This document shows positions 1-8,868 of a stretch of DNA of 64,000 nt, piece after piece. Location of the stretch: the NCBI GenBank assembly GCA_022450585.1, contig JAKUPR010000005.1, forward strand, positions 2,141 to 66,140. The letters are read 5' to 3'. The translations under genes and the position numbers were made by a program. The notes under the pieces were generated by a model. It worked only from the letters and a program-made list of their open reading frames with translations. It was not told the DNA's origin and made no database searches. The stretch's first letter is position 1. Each line of letters begins with the position of its first letter. This DNA comes from Anaerolineales bacterium (lineage in GTDB: Bacteria; Chloroflexota; Anaerolineae; Anaerolineales; UBA11657).

Positions 1-1787
1 TCACTGACGTACGCGCTCATTCCTACCGAAATCTGCTGACCGAAATCGTCCTAGGTCGCTATAGGCCATTTGATCGCGGTCTCATTAAGGCCATGGATCA
101 CCTATTAGGTCCACAGGGTGCAGTTTTTGGACACTTCTTTGCATTGGCCACTTCCACGATTAATGCCACACTGTTAGCACAACTAGGACGAAGGTTATGT
201 TCATCTCGAGTTGGAATAATTGCTGGTTTACTGTTTGCGGCATATCCTCTTAGCTACCAGGCTGTACCACAGATTGCAGGCTTGGCTCATCCTATGGGCT
301 TGCTACTAGCACTAGTCGGCACTCACAGTTACCTCAAGTTTCGACATGGCGGACGATGGTGGTGGTTGGTGGGCACTTGTTTAGTCGTAGCAGTATCCCC
401 CTTAACGGTAGAGACAGGGGTAGTGACAGGGATATTAGTTGCATCAAGCGAGATTCATCTGTGCAGCAAAGAACGGCCAACACTACGGAACATAATCTTG
501 AAGCCACTAGCTCCGATAACGATAAGCCTTCTAGGCGGCATCTGGTTAATACGGATAACTGGAGTCCATTTTTCCCCAAATCACCTTGACCTCTGGAAAA
601 ACACAAACTATTTTCTCCAAGGAATGGCTTCTCCTGTTTCATCCGCAGCTCGCCACTTTACCGAGGCCGGACTGACTGAGTACGAGACGGTGTTTCTAGT
701 GAGTGCCACAACCATTCTTTTGCTACTACTTCCATTGGCACTAAATGCCGGTCGCAGACATATACTGCTTTACAGTTTGGCTTGGGTTATAGCTGGATCT
801 ATCGTGCCCTGGTGGACCCTTCCTTACGATTATGTGATGAACAGCCCTCGTGTTCTCTATTTGCCATCCGTCGGAATTGTTCTGATATGGGCCAATTTAA
901 TTGCAGAGGCCTGGACTCGTATCCAGCTGCGCTGGCTCTCCGGAGGTGCCCTTATTGCAATACTGTTCTTCGGTGTCTCCTTCATACGTAGCAATCTACG
1001 CCTCTACGAGATTGGCTTGCCTCCAATCTGGGGTCTGGCGCGCTCTGCAGCTGAGCGCCCCAATGATCATCTGCTGGTTGTCAACCTTCCAGGTTGGCTT
1101 TCTTGGCCCAATTTACATTACATAATTGGACACGAGGGGGCAATGCTCATGGCAATGGAAACTTCCTCTCAAGAGTTGGCGCGCTATAATGCATTCAGTG
1201 CAGCTGACGTCGTTTCCGCATCTTTCGGAAACATAATGGAACAAACGCCTTACTACGTAGGTGTATATGGTGAATCTCAGAACTGGGAAGGTTTGGCAAT
1301 GGCAATTCGCAGCGTCGACGACGTGTACCTGACAAACTATAATGGGGACAAACCGGCAACTCTAGAGCATGTCGGAGGAGTGAGCACGGACGATACAAAC
1401 GAATACGTGGCAAATTTCAATAATCGTGTCTGGCTCACAGGTGCACATGCCACTGTACAGGAAAACATAATTCAAATTGAGCTTGGCTGGTATTTGGTGA
1501 AAAAAACACAAGGTTATGATGCTTTCGTACATGCTATGAACTGTGACGGGACTGTACTGGGATTGAAGGATGGTCCCGCCCTAGGAAGGATGTACCCAAT
1601 TTGGCAATGGCAGCCGGGAGAAACGATAGTTGACCGACGTCAAATCCGGTTAGACCCTTCACAAGATGCTTCATGCTTTAGATTAGAGATCGGTCTGTTC
1701 AACCCAGAAACCAACGAGCGGATGCGTGTCCTTGATTCCCTAGGATCAGAGTACCTTAACCACATTGTCCCTGTACATACAAATTAG
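1..1787 (+). CDS. GT-C (GT39 / ArnT-PMT-like) membrane glycosyltransferase, 5' end cut by the window edge
   Basis: The reading frame is open from base 3, with no stop before the ATG at 93. The first residues align to roughly residue 140 of the paralog at 10925-13204, so the N-terminus lies left of the window. It has multiple hydrophobic helices. Its soluble C-terminal module (DGPALGRMYPIWQWQPGE...IGLFNPETNER) is shared with that paralog. Confidence 0.75.
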   Translation, partial: TDVRAHSYRNLLTEIVLGRYRPFDRGLIKAMDHLLGPQGAVFGHFFALATSTINATLLAQLGRRLCSSRVGIIAGLLFAAYPLSYQAVPQIAGLAHPMGLLLALVGTHSYLKFRHGGRWWWLVGTCLVVAVSPLTVETGVVTGILVASSEIHLCSKERPTLRNIILKPLAPITISLLGGIWLIRITGVHFSPNHLDLWKNTNYFLQGMASPVSSAARHFTEAGLTEYETVFLVSATTILLLLLPLALNAGRRHILLYSLAWVIAGSIVPWWTLPYDYVMNSPRVLYLPSVGIVLIWANLIAEAWTRIQLRWLSGGALIAILFFGVSFIRSNLRLYEIGLPPIWGLARSAAERPNDHLLVVNLPGWLSWPNLHYIIGHEGAMLMAMETSSQELARYNAFSAADVVSASFGNIMEQTPYYVGVYGESQNWEGLAMAIRSVDDVYLTNYNGDKPATLEHVGGVSTDDTNEYVANFNNRVWLTGAHATVQENIIQIELGWYLVKKTQGYDAFVHAMNCDGTVLGLKDGPALGRMYPIWQWQPGETIVDRRQIRLDPSQDASCFRLEIGLFNPETNERMRVLDSLGSEYLNHIVPVHTN

Positions 1788-1805
1788 GAGAATTTCAATT
1801 CACCA

Positions 1806-3137
1806 ATGAAGGAATTTAACGGATTTTATCTGCTGTCACTCGGATGCTCCAAGAACATGGTAGATAGCGAGAGCATGGCAACACTCCTAGGAAATGATGG
1901 TTTGTCCAGGACATCAGATCCCGAGAAAGCACAGACGTTGATTGTGAACACGTGTGGCTTTATAGGTCCAGCCCGCAAAGAGTCAGTGCAGGCACTTCAA
2001 GAATTAGCAGCTCGAAAGCAGTCCGGACAACAACTCATTGCTACAGGCTGCCTATCTCAGCGCTATGGCGCACAGCTTATCCGTGATGTGCCCACTATTG
2101 ACGGAATACTTGGTACACGACGCTGGATGGACATTGTTGAACTGACAAAAAGTCTGCAGCGCAGAAAATCTGCCAAACCTATTTTTCATTTACCCGAAAC
2201 TCCAACAGTGGGCCGAGATGAACACGGGGCCCCCCGTGTGGCTGCACTAGGAGGCAGTGCCTATCTGAAAATAGCCGACGGATGTCGCCGCCCCTGCTCA
2301 TTCTGCGCTATACCGCTCATCAAAGGCACTCATGTCAGCCGCACCCCTGAATCAATCATTGATGACGCCCAGCGACTTCAATCTTTAGGAGTACAAGAAC
2401 TGGTGCTAATCTCTCAGGATACCACGGACTACGGAAATGATTTGGGACAAAAAAATGGTCTGGTACAACTGTTGGAAAAACTAGTGAATGCTGTACCAGA
2501 CATTCCATGGATTCGCATCATGTATGCATATCCAGGTTATGTAACCGACGAACTCATAGAGGCCATGGCAGTCCATCCGCAAATATTACCCTATCTGGAT
2601 ATGCCGCTACAACACGGTAACCGGCAGACTTTGAAGCGCATGAAACGCCCTGCCAATCTCAATTGGGTGCACAGCACCATCCAGAAATTACGCTCTGCTA
2701 TGCCAGAGATATCCATCCGCTCCACTTTTATTGTGGGCTATCCAGGTGAGACAGAGGCCGAGTTCCAGACACTGCTGGACTTCGTTAACACACTAAAATT
2801 TGACCGAGTGGGTGCTTTTACATTTTCATTCGAACCAGGTACTGACAGCGAACCACTCGGGGATCCCATACCTCAACATGTCAAGGATGAACGCCTCGGT
2901 AAACTGATGGAGATGCAAGAATCCATATCACTCCAAAAAAATCATGAATTTGTTGGCCAAAGTCTTGACGTACTAATTGAAGGAGTAGGCGATGGTTTGA
3001 GCATAGGCCGCAGCTACCGCGACGCACCAGAAATTGACGGAGTCGTGATTATTGAAGATGAGCTGGAAGTGGGGAAAATCATAACGGTACGAATCACTGG
3101 CGCGATGTCGCACGACCTGACTGGCATCAGAGTATGA
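1806..3137 (+). CDS. rimO: Ribosomal protein S12 methylthiotransferase RimO (radical SAM MTTase)
   Basis: It has the N-terminal MTTase motif LSLGCSKNMVDSE, the radical-SAM motif CRRPCSFC (CxxxCxxC) and a C-terminal TRAM-like segment. Length is 443 aa. AGGAG lies about 15 nt upstream of the ATG. Confidence 0.9.
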   Translation: MKEFNGFYLLSLGCSKNMVDSESMATLLGNDGLSRTSDPEKAQTLIVNTCGFIGPARKESVQALQELAARKQSGQQLIATGCLSQRYGAQLIRDVPTIDGILGTRRWMDIVELTKSLQRRKSAKPIFHLPETPTVGRDEHGAPRVAALGGSAYLKIADGCRRPCSFCAIPLIKGTHVSRTPESIIDDAQRLQSLGVQELVLISQDTTDYGNDLGQKNGLVQLLEKLVNAVPDIPWIRIMYAYPGYVTDELIEAMAVHPQILPYLDMPLQHGNRQTLKRMKRPANLNWVHSTIQKLRSAMPEISIRSTFIVGYPGETEAEFQTLLDFVNTLKFDRVGAFTFSFEPGTDSEPLGDPIPQHVKDERLGKLMEMQESISLQKNHEFVGQSLDVLIEGVGDGLSIGRSYRDAPEIDGVVIIEDELEVGKIITVRITGAMSHDLTGIRV

Positions 3138-3200
3138 TCCCGCAGTAAACAGTGTGCAATCACACTCGCAATCAGGGATTTGCACAGCACTAGAAACTTG

Positions 3201-4118
3201 TCAAGCTTTCTCAGTATGACAAGAACATCCCCCTGAAGTATGTCGCTCACATGGTGATCCCGCTTTCGCCGCCAATGCTTCATACTCTTTCCACGGAACA
3301 ATATCTTCTCTACGCACATCGTGCTGCTGTCCCTCAACAACAACAGTAGCGATATCAGCAAGCGGTTTCAGACCAACAACTTTCCCTGCTCCGTGAGGGG
3401 TGCCAACGCGTTTCTTTATTTTTGGTAGATGTTTCCGAGCATCCACATATTGCTCATACTCATACTGTAGACAGCAACGCAGACGTCCGCACATGCCGCT
3501 AATGTCCTCGGGATTAAGAGATATCCCCTGCGCTTGAGCCATCTTGATAGTGACAGGACTGAATTCCGTCAAGAAGGTAGCACAGCACAGGTCACCACTA
3601 CAAGCACCGATTCCACCAAGCAGCTTAGCAAGATCACGAGGGCCAATCTTTACCATATCTACGCTACAATCAGGGAAAGTTTTGCGCAATCTAGAAAGCA
3701 TTCGCCCCACGCCACTGTACTCGTCTTCAGTAACAGTATAAAAAAAGCTCAATCGAGATCCATCAAAATTATATTCAGCTTGATGATACTTTATTCCGCT
3801 CGGTTTCAACTCAGTGGCAATGCGCTTGCAAGCAACAAATGCATCCGGATCCTTGGCCTCCCAAGTCTGCTTCAAAACTAAATCCCTTGGGGTCGCCAGT
3901 CGCAAAATCTTTTTTAATTTTGTGCCATCTTTCCGAGCTTTGGAACTGGCGGAAATTTTTGCCACTTCAGCCATCTGAATGCCACGCCTAGTTTTCACAA
4001 TCACGTGGTCTCCCACACCCAACCCCGAATGCTCGCTAGCATCAAAATGGTAAATTTTTCCAACCGACTTAAAGCGAACCTCCGCAACAATTTTATCTGC
4101 TACTTTTGCAGTGACCAC
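3201..4118 (-). CDS. ricT: PSP1-domain protein, RicT/YaaT family (Fe-S-binding regulatory protein)
   Basis: The PSP1 C-terminal domain pattern is present with Cys clusters GACSGDLCCATFL and CGRLRCCLQYE. There is an extra Cys/His tail, SPCERHTSGGCSCH. The GTG start lies 10 nt after the mrp stop, so the gene is probably co-transcribed. Confidence 0.8.
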   Translation of the reverse strand: MVTAKVADKIVAEVRFKSVGKIYHFDASEHSGLGVGDHVIVKTRRGIQMAEVAKISASSKARKDGTKLKKILRLATPRDLVLKQTWEAKDPDAFVACKRIATELKPSGIKYHQAEYNFDGSRLSFFYTVTEDEYSGVGRMLSRLRKTFPDCSVDMVKIGPRDLAKLLGGIGACSGDLCCATFLTEFSPVTIKMAQAQGISLNPEDISGMCGRLRCCLQYEYEQYVDARKHLPKIKKRVGTPHGAGKVVGLKPLADIATVVVEGQQHDVRREDIVPWKEYEALAAKAGSPCERHTSGGCSCHTEKA

Positions 4119-4128
4119 GTTAGCTAAA

Positions 4129-4950
4129 TTATCCGATCACTTCTATCGGAATGGATCCCACCTGATCCTTACCTGCTTGCGCTGCCACTTTCTCAGAGAC
4201 AGCAAAGGCAATACTCCTGAGTGCAGCTGCAGATGCAGAATTAGTACCCCCAACTACAATCGGTGTACCTTCATCGCCCCCCACTCGCACATCTGGGTCT
4301 AATGGAATCTGACCCAAAAATGGCACATTAGCATCCCCGGCCAACCGCTCACCTCCGCCCTGACCAAACACATCCACCCGTGATCCATCTGGCATGGCGA
4401 GATAACTCATGTTCTCCACAACCCCAAGTATCGGAACCTTGAGTTGCCGGAAAAGCTCCAGACCACGCCGTGCATCCGCAATAGATACGGCCTGTGGAAG
4501 CGTGACGATAACTCCCCCGGTCAAAGAGAGAGTTTGTGCCACACTCAGTTGCGCGTCACCTGTACCTGGAGGTAAATCGACAATTAAGTAATCTAAACGG
4601 CCCCAATCAACGTCTGCCACGAACTGGCGAATGGCCGAGTGTAACATAGGTCCGCGCCAAGCCAATGGCTGTTCTGCGCCAACAAGTAAACCCATGCTTA
4701 CTACTTTGACGCCATGCGCCTCTGCCGGTATGATCGTCTTGCCACGCGGCGGAGGCAACTTATCGACACCAAGCATAATATGACAATTAGGGCCATAAAC
4801 GTCTGCATCTAGTAAACCAACCGACAAACCACTTTGGGCCAACAAAATGGCTACATTGACTGCCACTGTGGATTTGCCAACACCACCTTTACCAGAGGCT
4901 ATAGCCACCGAGGACAAAAATTGCGAGGCAGATTCTCCCTCAGTACTCAC
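4129..4950 (-). CDS. mrp: Mrp/NBP35/ApbC-family P-loop ATPase lacking the family CxxC motif
   Basis: It has the deviant Walker A SGKGGVGKST, DLPPGTGD and VVENMS. The usual ENMS..CxxC..FG.GG region reads ENMSYLAMPDGSRVDVFGQGGG. The protein has only one Cys. The GTG start overlaps the upstream ORF stop (GTGA). Confidence 0.85.
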   Translation of the reverse strand: MSTEGESASQFLSSVAIASGKGGVGKSTVAVNVAILLAQSGLSVGLLDADVYGPNCHIMLGVDKLPPPRGKTIIPAEAHGVKVVSMGLLVGAEQPLAWRGPMLHSAIRQFVADVDWGRLDYLIVDLPPGTGDAQLSVAQTLSLTGGVIVTLPQAVSIADARRGLELFRQLKVPILGVVENMSYLAMPDGSRVDVFGQGGGERLAGDANVPFLGQIPLDPDVRVGGDEGTPIVVGGTNSASAAALRSIAFAVSEKVAAQAGKDQVGSIPIEVIG

Positions 4951-5324
4951 TCCTGTTCTACCTCGGTTATGGCATCAGACATTGAGCGTTTCTGGATTTT
5001 ATTTGACCCTCGACGCAAATAATCATCAACATCATCACGAGCTTCGTGGAACTCATCGGTCAAATCATCATCGCTACCTTTGTAACGACGGGTTACTTGC
5101 TGCGCACACGCAGTACAACCCAAACGCGCCCGATGTGAACCTGCATGACAAGTCATGCAGCCCGCATTTCTAATCATCATTAGGGAAAAACCATGCTCAT
5201 CTAATGAACCTTCCGGCTGCTCACATACTGAGTTCACTAGCTTGTCCCAACGCGCACCCCGCAAACCCTGGAGACATGGGATGACACGCGCAGGGAAAAG
5301 CAATTCCGCGTCAGGCTGATACAT
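4947..5324 (-). CDS. Hypothetical small Cys-rich protein (CxxC-x10-CxxC knuckle pair, acidic C-terminal tail)
   Basis: This 125-aa ORF has a 4-nt overlap with the mrp start. It contains CMTCH...CTAC plus two further Cys. I recognise no family. Confidence 0.6.
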   Translation of the reverse strand: MYQPDAELLFPARVIPCLQGLRGARWDKLVNSVCEQPEGSLDEHGFSLMMIRNAGCMTCHAGSHRARLGCTACAQQVTRRYKGSDDDLTDEFHEARDDVDDYLRRGSNKIQKRSMSDAITEVEQE

Positions 5325-5470
5325 TTGAGATTACAGGTTTTAACACCAGATTAGTAAGAATGTGATAACAACATTTGTCAAGTGTACTCCGAGGATTACG
5401 TGTACTCGGCCAAAAAGAGATTACTCCACCCCGATGCCGCGCTATTGTCAACATATATGCCCCAGTCCCA

Positions 5471-6124
5471 TCAAGACAAAGATGCTTTTTTTTCTGCGGC
5501 TATGCGTTTCTTTTCAGCCGCAGCTGCCTTACGAGCTGCTTTCTTAGCTTCTTCCTCAGCGCGAGCTTGCTCCTCGGATGCGTAGTCTGTCGGACAGATG
5601 CTCGCATAATACTCTACCGGCTTATCCAAACGGTCCTTATCAAAAATATGCGCTTCAGTACGATCGTAGGATGCTAGTTCATAATCATGATCCATTTTGA
5701 TTGCATCGAAAGGACAATACTCGGCACAATAGCCACAATTCATACAAATATCAATATCGATGAAGAACCTGGTGGGCTCTGGTATCGGACGGCCAGTGTC
5801 CGGATCTGAGGAGCGCTCAATCCAGATACACTGGGGCGGGCACACTTTCGCACATATACCACAAGATGTGCATCGATCTGTCCTACTGCCATCTTCGTGT
5901 TCATCGTACAGTAGAAACGGAATAAAGCGAAAGCGCTCTGGAACCGGAAGTTTTTCTTCCGGGTATTGTACAGTGAAGACACCGCGCCCCTTCGTACCTT
6001 GACGAACATTCAAGGCATCATCACTATAATAACGCTGCCCGAGGAAGCTCAGATCGTCCACAAAACTATCGATGAGGTGCTTTATAGTCACCCCCATGCC
6101 ACGTAGAATTCCAGTCCCGTACAT
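5471..6124 (-). CDS. nuoI: NADH-quinone oxidoreductase subunit I (2x[4Fe-4S] ferredoxin) with a Lys/Ala/Glu-rich C-terminal tail
   Basis: Two ferredoxin motifs are present, CTSCGICAKVCP and CMNCGYCAEYCP. The gene starts 12 nt downstream of nuoCD. A tail of about 45 aa (EEQARAEEEAKKAARKAAAAEKKRIAAEKK) extends beyond the usual NuoI end. Confidence 0.9.
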   Translation of the reverse strand: MYGTGILRGMGVTIKHLIDSFVDDLSFLGQRYYSDDALNVRQGTKGRGVFTVQYPEEKLPVPERFRFIPFLLYDEHEDGSRTDRCTSCGICAKVCPPQCIWIERSSDPDTGRPIPEPTRFFIDIDICMNCGYCAEYCPFDAIKMDHDYELASYDRTEAHIFDKDRLDKPVEYYASICPTDYASEEQARAEEEAKKAARKAAAAEKKRIAAEKKASLS

Positions 6125-6136
6125 ATATTTCAGCCC

Positions 6137-7915
6137 CTATCGGTCCACTTCGCCCAACACAATATCTATGCTTCCCAGAATCACCACCGCATCAGCCACC
6201 TTATGACCCTTGCACATTTCTCCAAGCACGGTCAGGTTAATAAAGGAAGGTGCACGCACATGATAGCGATATGGATTAGTCTTGCCCTTAGAAACCACGT
6301 AATAGCCAAGTTCACCTTTAGGGTTTTCCACGCGCCCATAAGATTCTCCCTTCGGAACACGCACATTGTATTGCGGTTTACCAGTAAAAATTTCGCCTTC
6401 CTCCGGAATTTCCCGCATCACCTGCTGGCAAATCTTGACACTCTCGCGCATTTCATCGATACGTACAACATAGCGATCATACACATCGCCATTTGAACGT
6501 GTACACACCTCGAAATCCAAACGATCATATATGCTATAAGGCTCGGCACGGCGCAAATCATATGGCACACCCGAAGCTCGTAATAGTGGTCCAGCTGTGC
6601 TATATGCAATTGCCTTATCTGCTGGGAGAACACCCACACCTATGCAACGACTACGCACGATTTCGTTGCCGGTCAAAAAGCGATCAAGCTCATCAATTGC
6701 CGCCGGCAGCCGCTCGTTAACCAAGTCTCCAATAAAATCCACAGTATTCTCATCACGCAGAGTATCTGGAAGATCTCTCGCCACACCACCAAAGCGCATG
6801 TAATTACACATCATGCGAGAACCAGCAGTGGCCTCAAATATGTCCAAAATCAGTTCACGGGCGCGAATGGCGTATAAGGCCGGAGTCTGGAACGCGCCCA
6901 GGTCGTTCAAGAGAAAGCCAATGGCCCACATATGATTGGACACACGAGTCAGTTCCGCCATCAGAACTCGGAGGTACTCCGCCCTCTCCGGGACATCCAC
7001 TCCCATCAGTTTCTCTACTGCAAGCGAATAACCAAGGTTGTTGCTCATAGAGCTCAGATAATCGAGGCGGTCTGTATACGGCATATTTTGCAGAAAAGTG
7101 TTGCGCTCGCCAATTTTCTCGTGATTGCGATGCAAATAACCCATCACCGGCTGCAAATCCGTAATCGTCTCCCCATCAAGCGCCACCACCATACGGAAGA
7201 CACCATGGGTAGATGGATGTTGGGGGCCCATGTTCACCACCAACGAATCTGTTTTCAGTTTTTTGCCATTGGAACCGGACTTGTTCAATCCAGCATACAG
7301 GCTGCTATCATCTTCTGGCGCCCAGTTGTCGATATCAAACTCATCAGGATAACTGACATTTTTCCCGAAACGATTTTCTGCCTCGCTACGCTTCACATCA
7401 CCACCCGGCCACCTGCTGTCGAATGGCTTGTTTTCCTCCTCAAAGTAAGCCTCTTGCCAATCCTTGCGGAGAGGATGGCCAGCGAATCCGTCCCACATAA
7501 GAATACGACGCAAGTTGGGATGGCCTTCAAACGACACCCCATACATATCAAAAATTTCTCTCTCCTGAAAATCTGCGCCTGGATAGACCGACACTAGCGA
7601 GGGTAGTATTGGATTTTCTCTATCAACCTGAACCTTGAAATTAAGAGCAGGTCCACCACTAGTTTGGTAAGCATGATATACAACCTCTATCTTACCTTCA
7701 TCGAAGTAATCCACTCCTGTAACCGAGGAAAGATAATCGTATCCTAGCTCATCTCGGAGCACGGTCGCCACATCCTTTAAGCTCTCAACCGATACGACGT
7801 AACCCTCGTAGCCATCGCGATCATCCGTACGCAGTGCATTGCCAAACCTTGCGACAATTGAGTCGGCAACTGGTACCTGTTCCGGTGCTACAACATTGCG
7901 TTCTTCTTCGGACAC
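6137..7915 (-). CDS. nuoCD: Fused NADH-quinone oxidoreductase subunit C/D
   Basis: The N-terminal half is NuoC-like ([16 protein letters not shown]). The C-terminal half is NuoD-like ([14 protein letters not shown] ... [12 protein letters not shown]). It has no hydrogenase-type Cys ligand motifs. Confidence 0.92.
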   Translation of the reverse strand: MSEEERNVVAPEQVPVADSIVARFGNALRTDDRDGYEGYVVSVESLKDVATVLRDELGYDYLSSVTGVDYFDEGKIEVVYHAYQTSGGPALNFKVQVDRENPILPSLVSVYPGADFQEREIFDMYGVSFEGHPNLRRILMWDGFAGHPLRKDWQEAYFEEENKPFDSRWPGGDVKRSEAENRFGKNVSYPDEFDIDNWAPEDDSSLYAGLNKSGSNGKKLKTDSLVVNMGPQHPSTHGVFRMVVALDGETITDLQPVMGYLHRNHEKIGERNTFLQNMPYTDRLDYLSSMSNNLGYSLAVEKLMGVDVPERAEYLRVLMAELTRVSNHMWAIGFLLNDLGAFQTPALYAIRARELILDIFEATAGSRMMCNYMRFGGVARDLPDTLRDENTVDFIGDLVNERLPAAIDELDRFLTGNEIVRSRCIGVGVLPADKAIAYSTAGPLLRASGVPYDLRRAEPYSIYDRLDFEVCTRSNGDVYDRYVVRIDEMRESVKICQQVMREIPEEGEIFTGKPQYNVRVPKGESYGRVENPKGELGYYVVSKGKTNPYRYHVRAPSFINLTVLGEMCKGHKVADAVVILGSIDIVLGEVDR

Positions 7916-7919
7916 TTAT

Positions 7920-8561
7920 CTATGCCTCAAGCGTTTCTGCGGAATCACCCGGCTGGCCTGCTTGTTGTGCCAACAATGCGTGTTGGCGTGGATCCAGTAA
8001 ATCCGGACCGAGTACCGGAATCGGCACAGCCTCGCTAGCATTCTGACCATACCAACGCACTGCCTTTATCGACTGATTGTCAATTTTCTGCTGCAGCTTA
8101 ATCAGACCATGAAGCAATGCTTGCGGGGTGGGAGGACACCCAGGCACATATACATCCACAGGAACAAATTTATCAATACCAGAGACTACATTATATCCTT
8201 CCTTAAAAGGCCCGCCGCCGCTAGCACAAGCGCCCATAGCCATCACATACTTGGGCTCAGGCATCTGGTTGAACAAACGCACAATCTGCGGCACCATTTT
8301 CTTTGTCACCGTGCCGGAAACTATCATTAAATCCGCTTGACGCGGTGTAGCTCGGAAGACTTCCATGCCAAAACGAGCGATGTCGAAGCGGCTAGCAGCA
8401 GTGCAAATCATTTCGATCGCACAGCACGCCAACCCAAACACCATAGGCCATATAGATGAACGCCTACCCCAATTATAAATTCTGTCTAAGGATGTAATGG
8501 TGACAGCAGACTGCAGCTCATCCGGTACTGGAACATTCGGGTCATTCAATTCATTTTCCAT
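7920..8561 (-). CDS. nuoB: NADH-quinone oxidoreductase subunit B (N2 cluster subunit)
   Basis: Motifs [19 protein letters not shown] and VPGCPP are present. The stop lies 4 nt before the nuoCD start. The C-terminal extension is about 50 aa. Confidence 0.92.
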   Translation of the reverse strand: MENELNDPNVPVPDELQSAVTITSLDRIYNWGRRSSIWPMVFGLACCAIEMICTAASRFDIARFGMEVFRATPRQADLMIVSGTVTKKMVPQIVRLFNQMPEPKYVMAMGACASGGGPFKEGYNVVSGIDKFVPVDVYVPGCPPTPQALLHGLIKLQQKIDNQSIKAVRWYGQNASEAVPIPVLGPDLLDPRQHALLAQQAGQPGDSAETLEA

Positions 8562-8770
8562 CAGGGAAAAACTCCTTGCATGCGTTTAGCTAGGCTATTG
8601 ATGGCGGTGTGGCTCCCAGTAGAAACAACTCCACCACCTTTATTCCGAGCCACTGAGTACATAAACCAGAAGCCGACGGAGCAAAAATTACAATTTTCAC
8701 AACCTAGGGAGAGATTATATGATTATGCCTATTCTTTGTCAAGAAATTGGACAACATTCTGCAAACCTGT

Positions 8771-8798
8771 TTGACAAAATCACCAATCAAGATACAAT
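8771..8798 (+). promoter_or_regulatory. Candidate sigma-70-type promoter for the SufR-like regulator (TTGACA-N16-TACAAT)
   Basis: TTGACA is at 8771-8776 and TACAAT at 8793-8798, about 70 nt upstream of the ATG at 8869. The -35 element is one arm of an 8-bp inverted repeat. Confidence 0.45.
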
Positions 8799-8868
8799 CA
8801 ACGAGTGGGAAAAGATACAATAAACCGGACGGAGTTTACTTAGTCTTAGTTGAGCAGATATATAAATC

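Noticed and set aside
3151-3166. A hairpin AGTGTG-caat-CACACT lies between convergent rimO and ricT and could be a terminator.
   Set aside because: The stem is only 6 bp and AT/GT-rich, and neither side has a flanking U tract. This is too weak to call, unlike the clear terminator at 37861-37893.
5106-5159. CMTCH in the 125-aa protein matches the CxxCH c-type haem attachment motif.
   Set aside because: The protein has no signal peptide or TM segment, so it would not be exported to the haem-ligation machinery. The motif is half of a CxxC-x10-CxxC knuckle pair, which fits a Zn or Fe-S site better.
6932-7597. A 221-aa plus-strand ORF lies antisense to nuoCD. Similar long antisense or alternate-frame ORFs occur at 60220-60804, 41235-41699, 40231-40632, 20266-20661, 20860-21396 and 34886-35335.
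   Set aside because: Each lies wholly inside a gene with strong family motifs on the other strand or frame. Their translations are low-complexity and Arg/Ser/His-rich with no recognisable motifs. This is typical of shadow ORFs.
6137-8561. The NuoB/NuoCD/NuoI trio could be a group 4 [NiFe]-hydrogenase (Ech/Mbh-like) core.
   Set aside because: The NuoD half lacks both Ni-Fe ligand Cys pairs. The N-terminal site reads [10 protein letters not shown] and the C-terminal site reads VLGEVDR. No membrane subunits or hyp maturation genes are nearby.
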